DNA of 64,000 nt from Curvularia clavata (lineage: Eukaryota), in assembly GCA_023920165.1 (NCBI GenBank), contig CP089279.1:2294001-2358000 (forward strand). The letters run 5' to 3'. The stretch's first letter is position 1, and each line of letters opens with the position of its first letter. The notes under the pieces are model-generated. The model did not search any database, was not told where the DNA came from, and saw only the letters and a list, made by a program, of their open reading frames with translations. Position numbers and translations under genes: made by a program. Shown piece by piece: positions 22,010 to 34,701 of the stretch.

Positions 22010-24085
22010 CTAATAAGAAAATGGGCGGATAGCATAGGTTTCCTTCTTCTCCGGGTATAGAGCAATCGGTTTCTCCAAAAACTCGGGATACAAGTACCAG
22101 GCCAGGTCTCGTTTCTCCTGTTGCACGATGCTCATACCATTGCCCAACCAAGCCATCCTGTTTGCCTGCTTACCTACGCCCTTCAGTTCGTTGTCGGCGT
22201 CATGGTCCTCAAGCTCGTCCAGGTAGACATAGTCGAAATCCTCCCAGCGCGGACTTCGCATCGCCTCGACGCAGTGCAGCGTGCTTCCTGGCCAGAGACC
22301 AACGATTGAGCCTGTTCCTTTGTTCTTGTACCAGCTCCTGCACTCATCGGCAAAGACAGTACCCTCGAAATACGCGTCTACGTATTGAGTGAAGTCCCGT
22401 TCTCGCGCCTCTTTGACAACCATGGATGCAATATTGTCCTTTTGGATCTTGCGAATGGCCTTGATAATGTAATCGCCGACTGTTTCGATCATTTTTGTCA
22501 GGCTGCCGGTTCCAATCGCACTGTTGGGGCCAAGCATGCTGAAGAGGTTGGGGAATCCGGCAACTGAATGCGAAAGGTAGTTTACTGCACGGTCTTCCCA
22601 CTTCTTCGTCAGCGCAAATCCATTGCTACCGGTGAGAGGGAATGGAGGCGGTGCAGACGATTTGAATCCTGTGGCGCAAACGAGGGCATCGATTTCATGC
22701 GATTTGCCATCAGCAGTATGAACGGCTGATTCCGAGATGTGAGTTATGGGTGACGTTATGAAATCAACGTTTGGCTGCGTCAGAGCTTCGAGATACCCCG
22801 GGCCAGGTGTTAGTCGTCGACATCCAGGTGAGAATGAAGGCAGAAGCGCTTCAAAGATCTCAGGGTGGGTCTTGAGGCGTTCTCTCATGTGCTGATGGAA
22901 CATATCCTTGGCGCCTATTTGTAGAGCCGTCCCTTTCATCGTGACCTCGTGGATTCCATTACCATCTTCCTCAACTGTAAGCCTGAACTTGTGATAATGC
23001 TCAGGGTCGTTTGCAAAGCGGTCGCGAAGTTCTTTGGGAATAACTACCCCTTCAAATCCATACTTATCCCAAAGCTGGGAACTGAAAGGCGGAGATATCC
23101 ATGTCTTACTACGCACAAACGTGCTGATGTGCGTACCTGGCAAGCGCTGGAGACAAGGCACAATCTGAATGGAAGAAGAACCTGAGCCAATGACCCCGAT
23201 TCGCTTGTTCTCAAAGTCGTAACTGATTTGCCATGTCAGTGGATGGATACACGATTACGAAGGCCAAGAAAGTCTTACTCTTCATTCCAAGTCGCGGAGT
23301 GCATGACTTCGCCCTTGAAGGTGTTTAGACCCTCTATCTCTGGCCAAGAGGGGTTGTTCAAGTTCCCCCTCGCAGAAATCACTACATCTGCCCGGTCATG
23401 AATCACCTCATCCGTTGCCAGATTCTTCACCGTGACGTTCCACTTGGCAGTTTTGTCATCCCAGTGACAACCCTCGACCTGGTGACGCAGCTTAATGAAC
23501 CGATCTGCAGAGTACTTTTGCGCTACATCTTGAAGATAGGACTGAATCTCTGCCGCTGGCGCATACAGCGAGGACCAGTTTGGATTCGGCTGGAAAGAAT
23601 ACTGGTATGAGTGCGCTAGCAAGAGATATCAGCATGACATCAACAGCCTTTTGGTTAAAAATGGCAAAACTCACAAGGTACATCACATGCACAGCCCAAA
23701 TATCTGTTTTTGCGTCAGTAACTAAAAAGCTTGCCTAGATGAATCAAGCGAGGCTTATCTTCGTGACAGCAAACTCGGCAATAAGAAAAGAAAATTGCAA
23801 GAAGGGACTCTCCGCTTACCTATTCTCATACCAGGTTCCTCCGACCCCAGCATTTTTCTCATAGATCACCAAATCGACATTTCTTAGCCGCTCTGGAATC
23901 CGGATTCCACAGTAGATTCCCGAATAACCTGCACCGATGACAATGACTTTCAAACGACGCAAGTTCTCCACCGGCGCGTCGTGAAGTTTGAAAGGTGTCT
24001 GCGTAGCGGCAGCGATACCGTTCGTTTTGCTACTGGGTTGCTTATCCGGCAACACCTCAGTAGGAAGATTGGGTACTGCAGACAT
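22010..24085 (-). CDS. Flavin-containing (Baeyer-Villiger type) monooxygenase
   Basis: GAGYSG; GGTWYENR joined to YLGCACDVP (29-nt exon 23675-23703); BVMO fingerprint FKGEVMHSATW; GSGSSSIQ; ATGF. 4 exons. Confidence 0.93.
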
Positions 24086-24727
24086 GGTTGATGACTATAT
24101 GAGAAAATGTGAACAGTGTAGTGTATGGCGTATGGTCAGAAGTGGTCGTGCGACCTGTATCCAAAACTCTATTCTTCAAGATCGGAGCTATAAGATTGTG
24201 TAGTATACAATAGAAGGGATATCAAAGACATAGCCGCATGAAGAACGAGCAAGTAAGTGGAAATAGTAGCACTTTTTGGGGTGGCGGGCTACGGCCATCT
24301 TGTTCATCGCGCCGCGGAAGGCCGCCGCATCATACTACAAGTGCCGAAGCCATGGGTCCCCAATGTCAGGCGAAAACGTCCGGAGTGATAGTGGATCCAG
24401 GTTAGTATCCGGTTGTCAAATGCGGTAAACGACTGGGCTCCTCTGTTTAGCCTATCACGAGACGATATACTCCGCAGCTGACAGAGGCGCCACCACCTTC
24501 GATTTGCCGACTCCACAACTCCACATCAGTCCCCACAATGAACGTGTTTCTCACGATTTCGCGACCGCAGACGATCATCCCCGCAGTGACCCCGGTAAAT
24601 GGCTCGGCTTTTTTCCCGCATTATACATTCGAGATCCCACGTGGATGCGGAGGTACTTGTACCGCATTCTGAAGGGTAGTTGCTGTGGGAGATGCAGTTG
24701 GTGTTATTGATGTGTCAGCACCTGAGG

Positions 24728-26661
24728 CTACCTAGGTACCGTAATAATCGCAATCTATAACGACAGTATTAATGCATGAGCGCCATCAACATTGGGAGGC
24801 CTGACTTACCTGATTTCCAAGGGCAATTGATAACCGAGAGCTGTCTGGATCCCAACCGAGACTAAACTCGCCGTCTATCCCGGGATTCCATTTATCGCTT
24901 GGCCACTCACTGGCTCGCCATGTTGCTACCGGGACATCCCTTTTCTCGGCATCCCAAACAGTAACAGCATCTGGACCTGCTGCTGCCAAAAGTACTCCAT
25001 CTGGCGAGAAGGCAATCTTGAAGGCCTGGGTCCCATCGGTAGTAGGAAGGGTTTTGATGCATTTGAATGGCTCGTTCGCATCCCATATGCGCGCCGCGCC
25101 AGACATGGAGCTGGTTGCAAGCAGCACCGAAGACGAAGTGGAACCATTGCTGAGTTGCTTCGCAGCTGAAGTCGGACGGAATGCAAGGTCGGTAGCATAT
25201 TCGTCAGGGTACTCGTGGGTTTGCAGCTGAATCGAGTCATTGGGATGAAGAATACCCAGGAAGTTTTTCTGATCTTCGATTCCAAGCACGGCAATGATAC
25301 CAGACGTAGGATCATGCTTGACCGTTTCCCATTGTATATGAGTATCCAACGTCCGCTGGGTGGTTAGGGTGTCGGTGACTTCGTATATCTTGAACAGCTT
25401 GATGCCGCAAACGACAAAGGCCGAGTCGCTAATCCATTGCGCATCCAGAATAGCTGTTTCTGTAAATTCGGTCCATGTTGGAATGGAATCACTGTCGTTT
25501 TTCCACACTTTGATGGAGCCTTTCTCTCCATCAGTCGAAATTGACAGTAGCAGCTTGCGCTCCGAGTTCCAGCGAAGCGTGTTGATAAGGCCTGCAGTCG
25601 ACGAAATGACATTTGAGGTGGTACCACCTTCGGTCAACTTGATGAGCTTGTCCATCATCATCTTTTCGCCTACCTCATTAGAACATTGTTCGCGGGCGGA
25701 GACGGTTAGCTCATCCTCGGAATGCCAGCACAGAGCAGTGATGTCAAAGTTTTCAACGGGCAGAGACATGTCGAGAGTATGGATGGGTGGGGGCTGTTCC
25801 TGGCTAGTGGCCTTGTTGACGACGTGGACCTGGAGGAGAGACTTTCCTGCTGCGAGCAATACAGGCGATTCAATTGGGCCCCAAAGCGTGTGCTGGACCA
25901 GTTTTTCGGGATTCGCATGGCGGGGAACAAAAACGGTGCCTGGGGTAAGATCAGCGACGGCAACAGCGTCTGTCTGGATCTCTGCGTCTTGGCCTATGCT
26001 GAGCGTAGACAGCGGTATCTCGGCGACTGTGAGAGACTCGGCCTCGGAGACAGCGGGCTCTGAGTCGGCCCTCAGACTATTGGGGACATGTGGCACGCCA
26101 TTCTGTTCAATGTCCATGGCATCTCCGTTGACCTGGGGCTCTGGGCGCGGCTCGACGCCGTTGGTGGTCTTTGCCTTCTTGCGCTTGAGCGTCTTCTTGG
26201 GTGGAGGCTCTTGGATGGCGCCGTTGGCCTCGGTCGCGAGCTCGTGGGCAGGAATGCCCTTATCGAGGGTCAAGAGGCTGCCGTTGCGCGTGTAGGGGCG
26301 GCCATGGTCGGTGCCGAATCGGTATCGTGGCGCCGTCTGGGTGAGTTAGCCTAGGCGCAATGCGAAGATGCAGATGCAGATGCGACGTACGTTACAGGCC
26401 TCGGCGCGCAGCTGGTCGAAACACATGCCATCCTGTACCAGGCGGACGAGGGCATGGGGCTCGATGTTGGAGGCGAATGGGAGCGTGTCCGGGTCGCGGA
26501 TCCAGCATCGCGAGAGGTGGAGGGCAGCGTTACCAAAGCCAGCTTCTTGAAGGTATCGCCATACTAGACCACGCGTCAGAGATGCAGGCCAATGGAGGAG
26601 CGCCGGGCCGGGGACAGGTACCGAGATAGTTGATCGCGTTGCTGCTCAGAGTCTCCGCCAT
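24728..26661 (-). CDS. SIF2: LisH + WD40 protein, Sif2/TBL1-like (Set3C HDAC complex subunit)
   Basis: Spliced N-terminus MAETLSSNAINYLVWRYLQEAGF (LisH). WD40 repeats follow. Short last exon IAIITVPR* ends at 24728. Confidence 0.8.
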
Positions 26662-26927
26662 GGCGCATTATGCGAGCGCTGCATGCGCCTCGGGCTAAGT
26701 GGGCTGGGTGGGGTGTTGGTGATACTGGGGGGAGCTTCGACGATTGTCGGATGCGATGTGGACGAACTCGACGCATATGTTCGGATGGAAGATGCAGCCT
26801 GGCTTGGTCCCCACACCCACTTGTCGTCCGAGCGCGCCGATCACAGCACCTAGCACCTGGATTCACACCCACACCCACTGCTCGACAGCAACACCACCCC
26901 GACCCCCGTAGACGACGCCCCGGCGCC

Positions 26928-28087
26928 ATGGCCCGCATAAACCTCCCGCCGCTCACCCGGGGCATCCTCGCCGCCCTCGTCTTGCTCACGCTGCTCAACT
27001 TCGCACTGCGCCCAAACGCAAACTGGGTCGAAAAGGTCGAGAAGCCGCTGATAGGCGTGGGCAACGGTGTGCCCTGGCTGACCATTGTGCCTCGTTTCTC
27101 TGTGCCATGGTATCCTTGGGTCTTCGCAGTGGCGACCGTCGTCGAGCAGAATCTCCTCGGCCTCATTACCACGGGCCTTACCCTCTTTTATGGTGGGCGC
27201 TACCTCGAGAGAGCGTGGGGGTCGCATGAGTTCACAAAGTTCATGCTGTTTGTCGCCATGATCCCAAACCTCCTGACCTACCTGCTGTACCTTTTCGCCT
27301 TCCTCCTCACAGGCAAAGGCGCTCTCATGTGCGTCTCCTTGCTTCCTCTCGAGACCTTGCGCTGACCCAGTCCAGCCATACGACCATCTCTGGCGGAATT
27401 GCCATCCAAGCCGGCTTCCTCGTTTCCTTCAAACAGCTCGTTCCCGAACACACGGTAGCCATTGCCAAAGGCCTTATTCGCATGCGCGTCAAGCACTTCC
27501 CCGCCATTTTCCTGCTCACAAACACAATTTCTGGCCTGATACTGGGCACAGAGACAGCCATGTATCTGGCATATTTCGGTTTCATGACTGCATGGGTTTA
27601 CCTTCGGTTTTATCGTTTGAGTCCATCTCTCTCGTCCACTGCAACGGGAGAGGGGTCTTTCATTCGTGGAGATGCTTCGGACACTTTCAGCTTCGCCCAT
27701 TTCTTCCCCGAGCCATTACAAACACCCATTGGTGCCTTTGCAGACGGCGTCTATAACGTACTGGTGTCCTTTCAAGTCTGCACACCGTTCTCGGATCAAG
27801 ACATCGACGCCAGTAATTCTCAAGCATCAGCCCGAGCAGAAGGCGGTCTTCCCAGTATCATGAATCCCAACAGTCGAGGCGGCCGTGGTGGGGCAACACG
27901 TGCCGAGGCGGAGAGAAGAAGGGCGTTGGCTCTTGAGGCACTGAATCAAAGGCTGAACGCCGCTGCATCCCGTGCCCCAACTTCTGCTGCGCCAGTTACC
28001 GTTTCGGTGTCTGGGCCGTCAGAATCACTCGGGGAGACAAACTACGAACCCAATCGACCCGATGTTTCAGAAAGACCAGCGGCTTAG
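26928..28087 (+). CDS. DUF1751/TMEM115-like Golgi rhomboid-superfamily membrane protein
   Basis: YGGRYLERAWGS.EF, FKQLVPEH, W.YLRFY, RGDASD.F and AERRRALAL motifs. One intron at about 27329-27370. Confidence 0.9.
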
Positions 28088-28796
28088 TAGAGTCACTATT
28101 AGAAATAGACCAAACATATCGCCCTTGCGGAAGCTATAGCTGTCCAGTATTATTACCGGATCGGAGGAAGCTCTCCTGGACTATCCCAGGACTGTTGTTT
28201 TATTCGAATGCAACGCATTAGATCGGCGTCGAGACTGTTTGTTGCAGCCATCTGTGGCATGTTGGCATTGTTTGGAGGACAAGAGATGGCGCGCCCTTTG
28301 GACTGAGACAGAGTCTTTGTGCCTGCTTTACTGTTGTAAATGTTGGATGTTGGATCATCACGCCCACGGCTACGAACCCGTTCAAGCCTGTGTTTCCCGT
28401 AGTTGGTGGGACAGCAGGTAACTACGTGTATGTAGGACGGTCACGTGCTGCGACCGTTATTCGGCTGACAGGGGAAAGCCGGGTTAAGCCATTTGAGGCC
28501 GAGGTGACTGTACGCGGTAGACTATGAACCCAAGGAAACGTGTTCGTTACAACCACTGCAAAATTTGTCGCGGGCTATGTGCACATGGTAGATTTTCTTT
28601 AGTTCTCTGCTGCCATAGGATCAAGCTTTTTCCCGCAATCTTGTGTGTCGTGCTACCTTCGAGGAGCAAAGTGTGGGGTTTGGGGTGCGCGGTTGCCGCC
28701 AAGGCCGAAAGTGCGGACGTGCAAGTGCGGCGAGCGAGAAAAAATTGTTTATCATGCTCTCCCTCCCCACTAGATCGCTCTTACTTTCCAATAACC

Positions 28797-28880
28797 ATGA
28801 GCTCGCACGCCATCATCAGCACCAAACGGGACAAGAAACCCGCCACGACCCCCCGCAGACGACGACGACCTCCCCATTGA
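28797..28880 (+). promoter_or_regulatory. Candidate uORF (27 aa) in the ADE4 leader
   Basis: ACCATGA start; MSSHAIISTKRDKKPATTPRRRRRPPH*. Lies downstream of a CT-rich tract and upstream of a putative UTR intron. Confidence 0.35.
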
Positions 28881-29029
28881 TCGTGCTCCTGCCACAGTCC
28901 AAGCATCCTCACTATACAAGTGACTTGCTCGGCCCGTCCTCTCTACTACATCCTATTCTTTCGTATCGCTCTTGGAAGAGTCGATTTACCGACTGAAATT
29001 CTGTACGGTTGTGTACAAAGTCAACCAGG

Positions 29030-29210
29030 GTATGTGGCTACCATTTCTCCCATTATCCATCCCTGTCACTATGATGATCTCGTCATTATTATAAAAGATG
29101 TTAGACTTGCGATCACCCATGAGCGCACCAGGACTTACTGAGAGACAATCCCCCGCCTTCGCTGTGTTTTCCGCGTCTTCCGGGAAAGTACCGCAACTGA
29201 CGCGTTTTAG
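29030..29210 (+). other. Putative 5'-UTR intron of ADE4
   Basis: GTATGT donor at 29030, CTGAC branch at about 29197, TTTTAG acceptor at 29210, 55 nt before the ATG. Confidence 0.5.
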
Positions 29211-29265
29211 TATATAACCTTAGGAACGTCCCTCGACTATCCGTACATCCTACTTTCGCGTCAAA

Positions 29266-31138
29266 ATGTGTGGTATCATTGCCGTAATTCACGGCGACCC
29301 CAAGTCGCAATCCGCGTCAGTCGAAGTCCACGATGCTCTCTATCTCCTCCAACATCGTGGACAAGACGCTGCTGGTATAGTCAGTTGCAGCGCTGGTGGT
29401 CGTTTCCATCAGTGCAAGGGCAATGGCATGGCCTCCAAGGTCTTCCAGGATGGCGCTCGTGTTTCTGATCTCCCAGGTTTCATGGGTCTTGGCCATCTCC
29501 GATATCCCACAGCCGGCAGCAGCGCAAACTCCGAGGCTCAGCCGTTCTACGTGAACAGCCCCTACGGCATCTGTATGACCCACAATGGCAACCTCATCAA
29601 CGCTCCCGCACTGCGCCAGCGACTTGACCACGAGGCTCACAGACACATCAACACCGAGAGTGATAGTGAGCTTATGCTGAACATCTTCGCCGATGAGCTC
29701 AATGAGACCGGCAAGGCACGTATCAATGCCGATGATTGCTTTGCGGCATTGGAGAGGATGTACAAGTTGTGCACTGGTGGCTGGGCATGCACTGCTATGC
29801 TCGCTGGTACGTAGACAAGACCCAAGACAAGGCAGCCACTAGAAGTACAGAGATACTGATTTTGCCTAGGATTCGGATTGATTGGTTTCCGCGACCCACA
29901 TGGCATTCGCCCCATGGTCCTTGGATCTCGGCGATCACAAGATGGCCATGGCATGGACTACATGATGGCTTCCGAAAGTGTAGCACTCGTCCAGTGTGGT
30001 TACAAAGACTTCCAGGACATTCTGCCCGGTCAGGCCGTCATCATCGAAAAGGGCAAGGAGCCAGTCTTTCGACAAGTCGCTAAGCAGGAATCCTACACCC
30101 CTGATATCTTCGAGTATGTTTATTTCGCCCGACCAGACTCGGTCATCGATGGTATCGATGTGGACGAGAGCCGACGCAACATGGGCTTTACGCTCGCGGA
30201 GACGATCAAGAAGCAGCTCGGTCCTGAGAAAATGGCTGAAATTGATGTCGTGATGCCGATTCCCGAGACGGCCATTACATCAGCTTTGTGTGTTGCCGAA
30301 GCCCTCGGGAAGCCCTACGTACAGGGCTTTGTTAAGAACCGCTACATCTTCCGCACATTCATCATGCCATCGCAAAAATTGCGACAGAAGGGTGTCCGGG
30401 CGAAGCTCAACCCGATGAAGAAGAAGTTTGACGGCAAGAACGTCTTGCTTGTCGATGATTCAATTGTGCGCGGCACAACATCGCGTGAGATTGTCCTGAT
30501 GGCGCGTGAAGCTGGTGCCAAGAAGGTGTACTTTACCTCATGTGCGCCCCCCATCACCAACGCCCACATCTACGGTATCGACCTGGCCTCGTCTTCAGAG
30601 CTTATTGCTCACCACCGCGACTCAACGGCCATTGCCCAGCACATTGGTGCCGATGACGTCGTTTACCAGAAGCTTGAGGACCTCGAAAGCGCATGCGCAC
30701 GTCTATCTCCACGGGACCCGGCAACGCAAAAGTTCGAGGTTGGCGTCTTCTGTGGCAAGTATGTCACACCTGTAGACGATGGCTACTTCGAACACCTCGA
30801 AAAGGTTCGAGGCGAGAGCCGAAAACAGAAAGTCATGGAGAAAGCACGTGAGGCGGTTGTTCACGGCACAGCCAACCCACAGCAAATCCGCATGGCTGCC
30901 AAGGGTGTCGTAAGTTCCAACTGAGATCCTGGTTCAAACTTGTGCGTGTGACTAATGGGTATCACAGGAAGTCGACCAACACGGCAATGTCATCCCGTCA
31001 GATGGTGGCGCTGGATCACCCGATCTGCAGCAGACAAACGGCAGCAATGGTTCTGCGACTGACGCCAACAATAGCCACGAGCCTCGGGTTACCAGCAGTC
31101 AGGATATAAGTCTACACAACATGAACGACTTCAACTAG
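29266..31138 (+). CDS. ADE4: Amidophosphoribosyltransferase
   Basis: MCGI N-terminal nucleophile, [26 protein letters not shown]. Introns at about 29807-29869 and 30910-30967. Confidence 0.97.
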
Positions 31139-32339
31139 ATGGTGTTGGTGCAAGGCTGAATACCTTTGTGGTTACTAGCGGGCAGCAGACCATTTTGCCG
31201 GGTGACCAATCGGGGCGGCTTTCTCTTTTATGCGATATGAAAAGTTACGACTGAGATGATTTTAGAGGTTCATAGAATGACTCGAAAGAGCTGTAAAGCT
31301 TCTTACGCTAAGTCTATAGTGAGATTGAGTGTGGGCAGTTGCTCGCATTCTCTCCTTCGGGATATAATCCAACAGTTGTTCACACAAGCCTCTGATCTAG
31401 CCTGTCCACCGGGTGTTCCCGTCTCATTGGTGCATGCATATGTATGTACCCCGTTTCGGACGCGTCTTACAGGCTGCAGCGTGTTGCGCCCAAGCTCTCG
31501 GATGCGGGTGGACTTTCCATGGAACGGCGTCACCATGTACCTTGATTCTCGAAGAATTCTTTTCTCACATCAGGCCCTATCCTTGCAAACTTATGACAAC
31601 GACTTGGTGTGACATGTTTGGTATCTATGAGATCTCCATCTCACGAGCTACATGGATTGGATAAGCACCCGTTGGGCAACGCTATTGACATTAACACTAA
31701 CGTTTTCTTTACACATCACGAATGTTGGCACTTCGTCATCGCAACTGAAGAGTTGGCTTACAGTAGGCGCCTCTCAGCCCAACATGTTCGACCTTTCCTC
31801 AAGCAGCAATTTTCGCTTGCGGGCCGAAGTTTGCAGTGGCGGCCCGCCAGTCGTGTTCACTCCCCAGATCCTATGCCAAGGATGTTCGTGTCCGTCAACG
31901 TCTATGCGCCGTCATAATCTGAGACTGAAAAACACTAGAATGTCTTTCCCTACGATCCGGTTGGTAAGACGTCTGCTTACAAGGTTGTAGCCACTACGTC
32001 AGACGCCCTGATAGTACCCCCACACTGCACCTATGTAAGTACTATTCCGCGACGGGGCATTGTCATTGAATGCACCCAACAAAACTGTAAGCCCATGAGA
32101 TCGGGACGGTGGACTAGACTTCGTATTCTACAGGTCACTTGCAAGCCACGACAGACTTTGGCCACGGAGCTGCTTTGGAGGCATAGAAGCGACGGCGATG
32201 GTCTGACTGAAGGTGGAAGAAATGGGGTATAAAAGGGCCTCGAGGGGACGCTGAAAAAAAGGAACAGAGCAAGACATAGACTCAATTCACTACAATCACT
32301 TCCCTCTTCTTACCCAACTCAACCAACTCCCAATTCAAA

Positions 32340-32823
32340 ATGCAGTTTACCACCGCCGTTGCCGCTCTCGCCATCATGGCCTCCTCTGCCTTTGCACAGA
32401 TCCAGATTGAGAACATTGCTTCTTGTGCGTATTCCTCTCCATCCTCCTCCTCCCCCTCTCCCTAGAAACCCCCTTCCTTTCGCTATCCAACCCTCTAACA
32501 AAAATCCCAGTCGAAACCTACTCCAACTTCGACTGCTCGCCGCCCGCGGCCCAGAACCAAAACATCAACAGCAACACCTGCTACTTCCTTCCCCAGCAGA
32601 GCGCCAAAGTCTTCTACTTGGAGAAGACGAGGGCCAACTGCCAGAGTAAGTCTTTTTTCCGTATCACATGTTTCTTACATGTGGGCTGATACGAGTATCC
32701 AATATAGTCCAATTCTTCCCTACGGGAGACTGCTCGGGTGCTCCTTCCGATACTATTACCCAGGCTCCTAGCGCTTGCTTGGATGTTTCACAAAAGTTCT
32801 CGTACAAGGCTATTTGCTCTTAA
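32340..32823 (+). CDS. Small secreted Cys-rich protein (111 aa, 6 Cys), effector/antimicrobial candidate
   Basis: Exons 32340-32424, 32511-32645 and 32708-32823 splice in frame with canonical GT-AG introns. Signal peptide MQFTTAVAALAIMASSAFA. TATAAAA at about 32228. Confidence 0.88.
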
Positions 32824-33509
32824 GCAGACTGCCGGATTGAGTAGGTAATTTTTGGCCCTTTGTGGATTATTAGACGGGAGAGGTGGTGAGGCTGGCAACA
32901 GCTGGGTAAGAGAGGCGGAGAGGGATGGTGGAGAAAAAGGACGGTCTTTATCTTTTGGAAAGATTCTGTATGTAGTCTGGAGACTTGGGACTCTGCTTCG
33001 TTATGTTCAACACATGGCAAGTATGAGTTGGAAGGCGAGGACTAGACAGAATCTAGGGATCATTTGTTACGATATTGATTATGTGATCGGTGGGAAGATC
33101 TAGTGAACGTTTCTCTGGCTCGTCTTTGCCATATGAAATCAGAGTTGAGAAGTCTCTTTGGATGGTTTAGCAATAACTACTAGGCTGTTTTCTGGCCATG
33201 AAGGTGCTGGTGTCGAACAAAATGAAAGCACGTTAGTAATGAAAGAGAGAAAAGGGTGTCGAAAAAAGTAAACAATAGTTTCTGTCAAGCCTAGTAGTTA
33301 CATAATAACTCAATTCATTCCATTCTGAAAGGTTGTGTAGTTCCTCAAAGGCCCTTGGTGTTCGAAAATGGCTGCTAGCCCACCGAACCCCACCACGCAG
33401 CTGCCCCACCAATACTTCGGCGCGTCGCGTCTTCCCATTATCCTGCCGTCACCCTTCCTCTTTCACAACGCCAACTGTCAAGATACACCTGTTATCTAAG
33501 CACTACACG

Positions 33510-33986
33510 ATGCCGTCCATACCCATACATGTTGCATCTCCCTCGGCAATACGTTCGAATGCCGAAAACCCCCTGCCCCAGCTACTTCACACACCTTCTG
33601 GCCTTGGCCTTCTTGAGATACAAGGCACAGTGCACTTTCCTGCTTCCTCTGCTCAATCCTCTACGCAAATTGGCAAACTCGTCTTCCCATACTACAACCC
33701 CGACATCAACGACCCAAGCGACACGAAATGGATGAAGCGTGTATACATGTACGTCGGCAAGGGACAAAGAATGACAGGCGAGTGCAAGAAGCTGCCCAAG
33801 CCCATTGCTATCGTACGTAAAAAGGGGAGAGAAGCGGGCGAGGACGTGGACATGGGGGGAACAGGGGCTGAGAATGAGGGAGAGGTGAGCAAAGATGAGG
33901 AATTGGAGATTTGTGAGGTCGTAAAGTATAGGATTGTGTTCTCCGCTAGGCCAGAACCGATTTCTGGTGTCGCTGAGGCATCGTGA
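33510..33986 (+). CDS. CTF8: Chromosome transmission fidelity protein 8 (Ctf18-RFC subunit)
   Basis: LLEIQG, YVGKGQRMTGECKKLPKP, VVKYRIVFSARPEP. Confidence 0.93.
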   Translation: MPSIPIHVASPSAIRSNAENPLPQLLHTPSGLGLLEIQGTVHFPASSAQSSTQIGKLVFPYYNPDINDPSDTKWMKRVYMYVGKGQRMTGECKKLPKPIAIVRKKGREAGEDVDMGGTGAENEGEVSKDEELEICEVVKYRIVFSARPEPISGVAEAS

Positions 33987-34701
33987 AGTGTCGCACGCTG
34001 CTCGTTGGGCGCAATATGCAATTGAGCGATCAGGGACGCGACCAAAGACCCATTTCACAAATCCGGCAAAACCAGAATTGCATCTGCAGAGACGGTATAT
34101 TCCATCAGCTACCCGAACCGCGTCCTTGCTACGTCGTCCCAGCTCGGATCGACCTGCGCCAACCAGGTCAAAAAAGTTCGCCCATCTCCACGGATTGATT
34201 ACCGGAGACTTGTTCCAGCGGCAGCTGCTCGTACCCGCGGACCTGGTCGCGCTGTTGCGCTCAATTCTCGCTGATTTCCAGAAGCGATATAGAATGTCGC
34301 AAAACAGAGCTACCTAAATTGTACCCGGGTCGACAGGCTTTCTGCATCATCCTGCCGAACTCAAGCACAAAGATCAGCCAGTAGATTTTGAGTATTGTAA
34401 TCAAGCAATTTAAGGCTGCGCAAGCAAATTGCTGCCCTAGTCTTGTCTCGGCGTCCGGCCTTGTCTTGCAGACATGGGGCCTACTTTATCCACTTTACGC
34501 GGCGGTCACGGTCCGACGTATAAATGGTATGCGCACTGTTAGCTGGCATCACATAGCGCATCTTAATAGAGCCGTCTGGAACCTACAGCAGTATAAATAC
34601 GATACATGAATCCTCATATATGCTTTGACGTTAACCAGGCAAAGGGCGTGTTGTGTTTTTCGAATCCACTATATTCACTTGTCGCTATAGACAGACCCAG
34701 A

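Noticed and set aside
25360..26295. 311-aa plus-strand ORF
   Set aside because: Antisense shadow of the SIF2 WD40 exon, with a GTG start and no motifs.
26367..26383. (GATGCA)n microsatellite
   Set aside because: A short simple repeat inside a SIF2 intron; unremarkable.
31256..32000. Overlapping short ORFs downstream of ADE4 that could be a gene relic
   Set aside because: No recognisable motif or consistent frame, so I cannot support a call.
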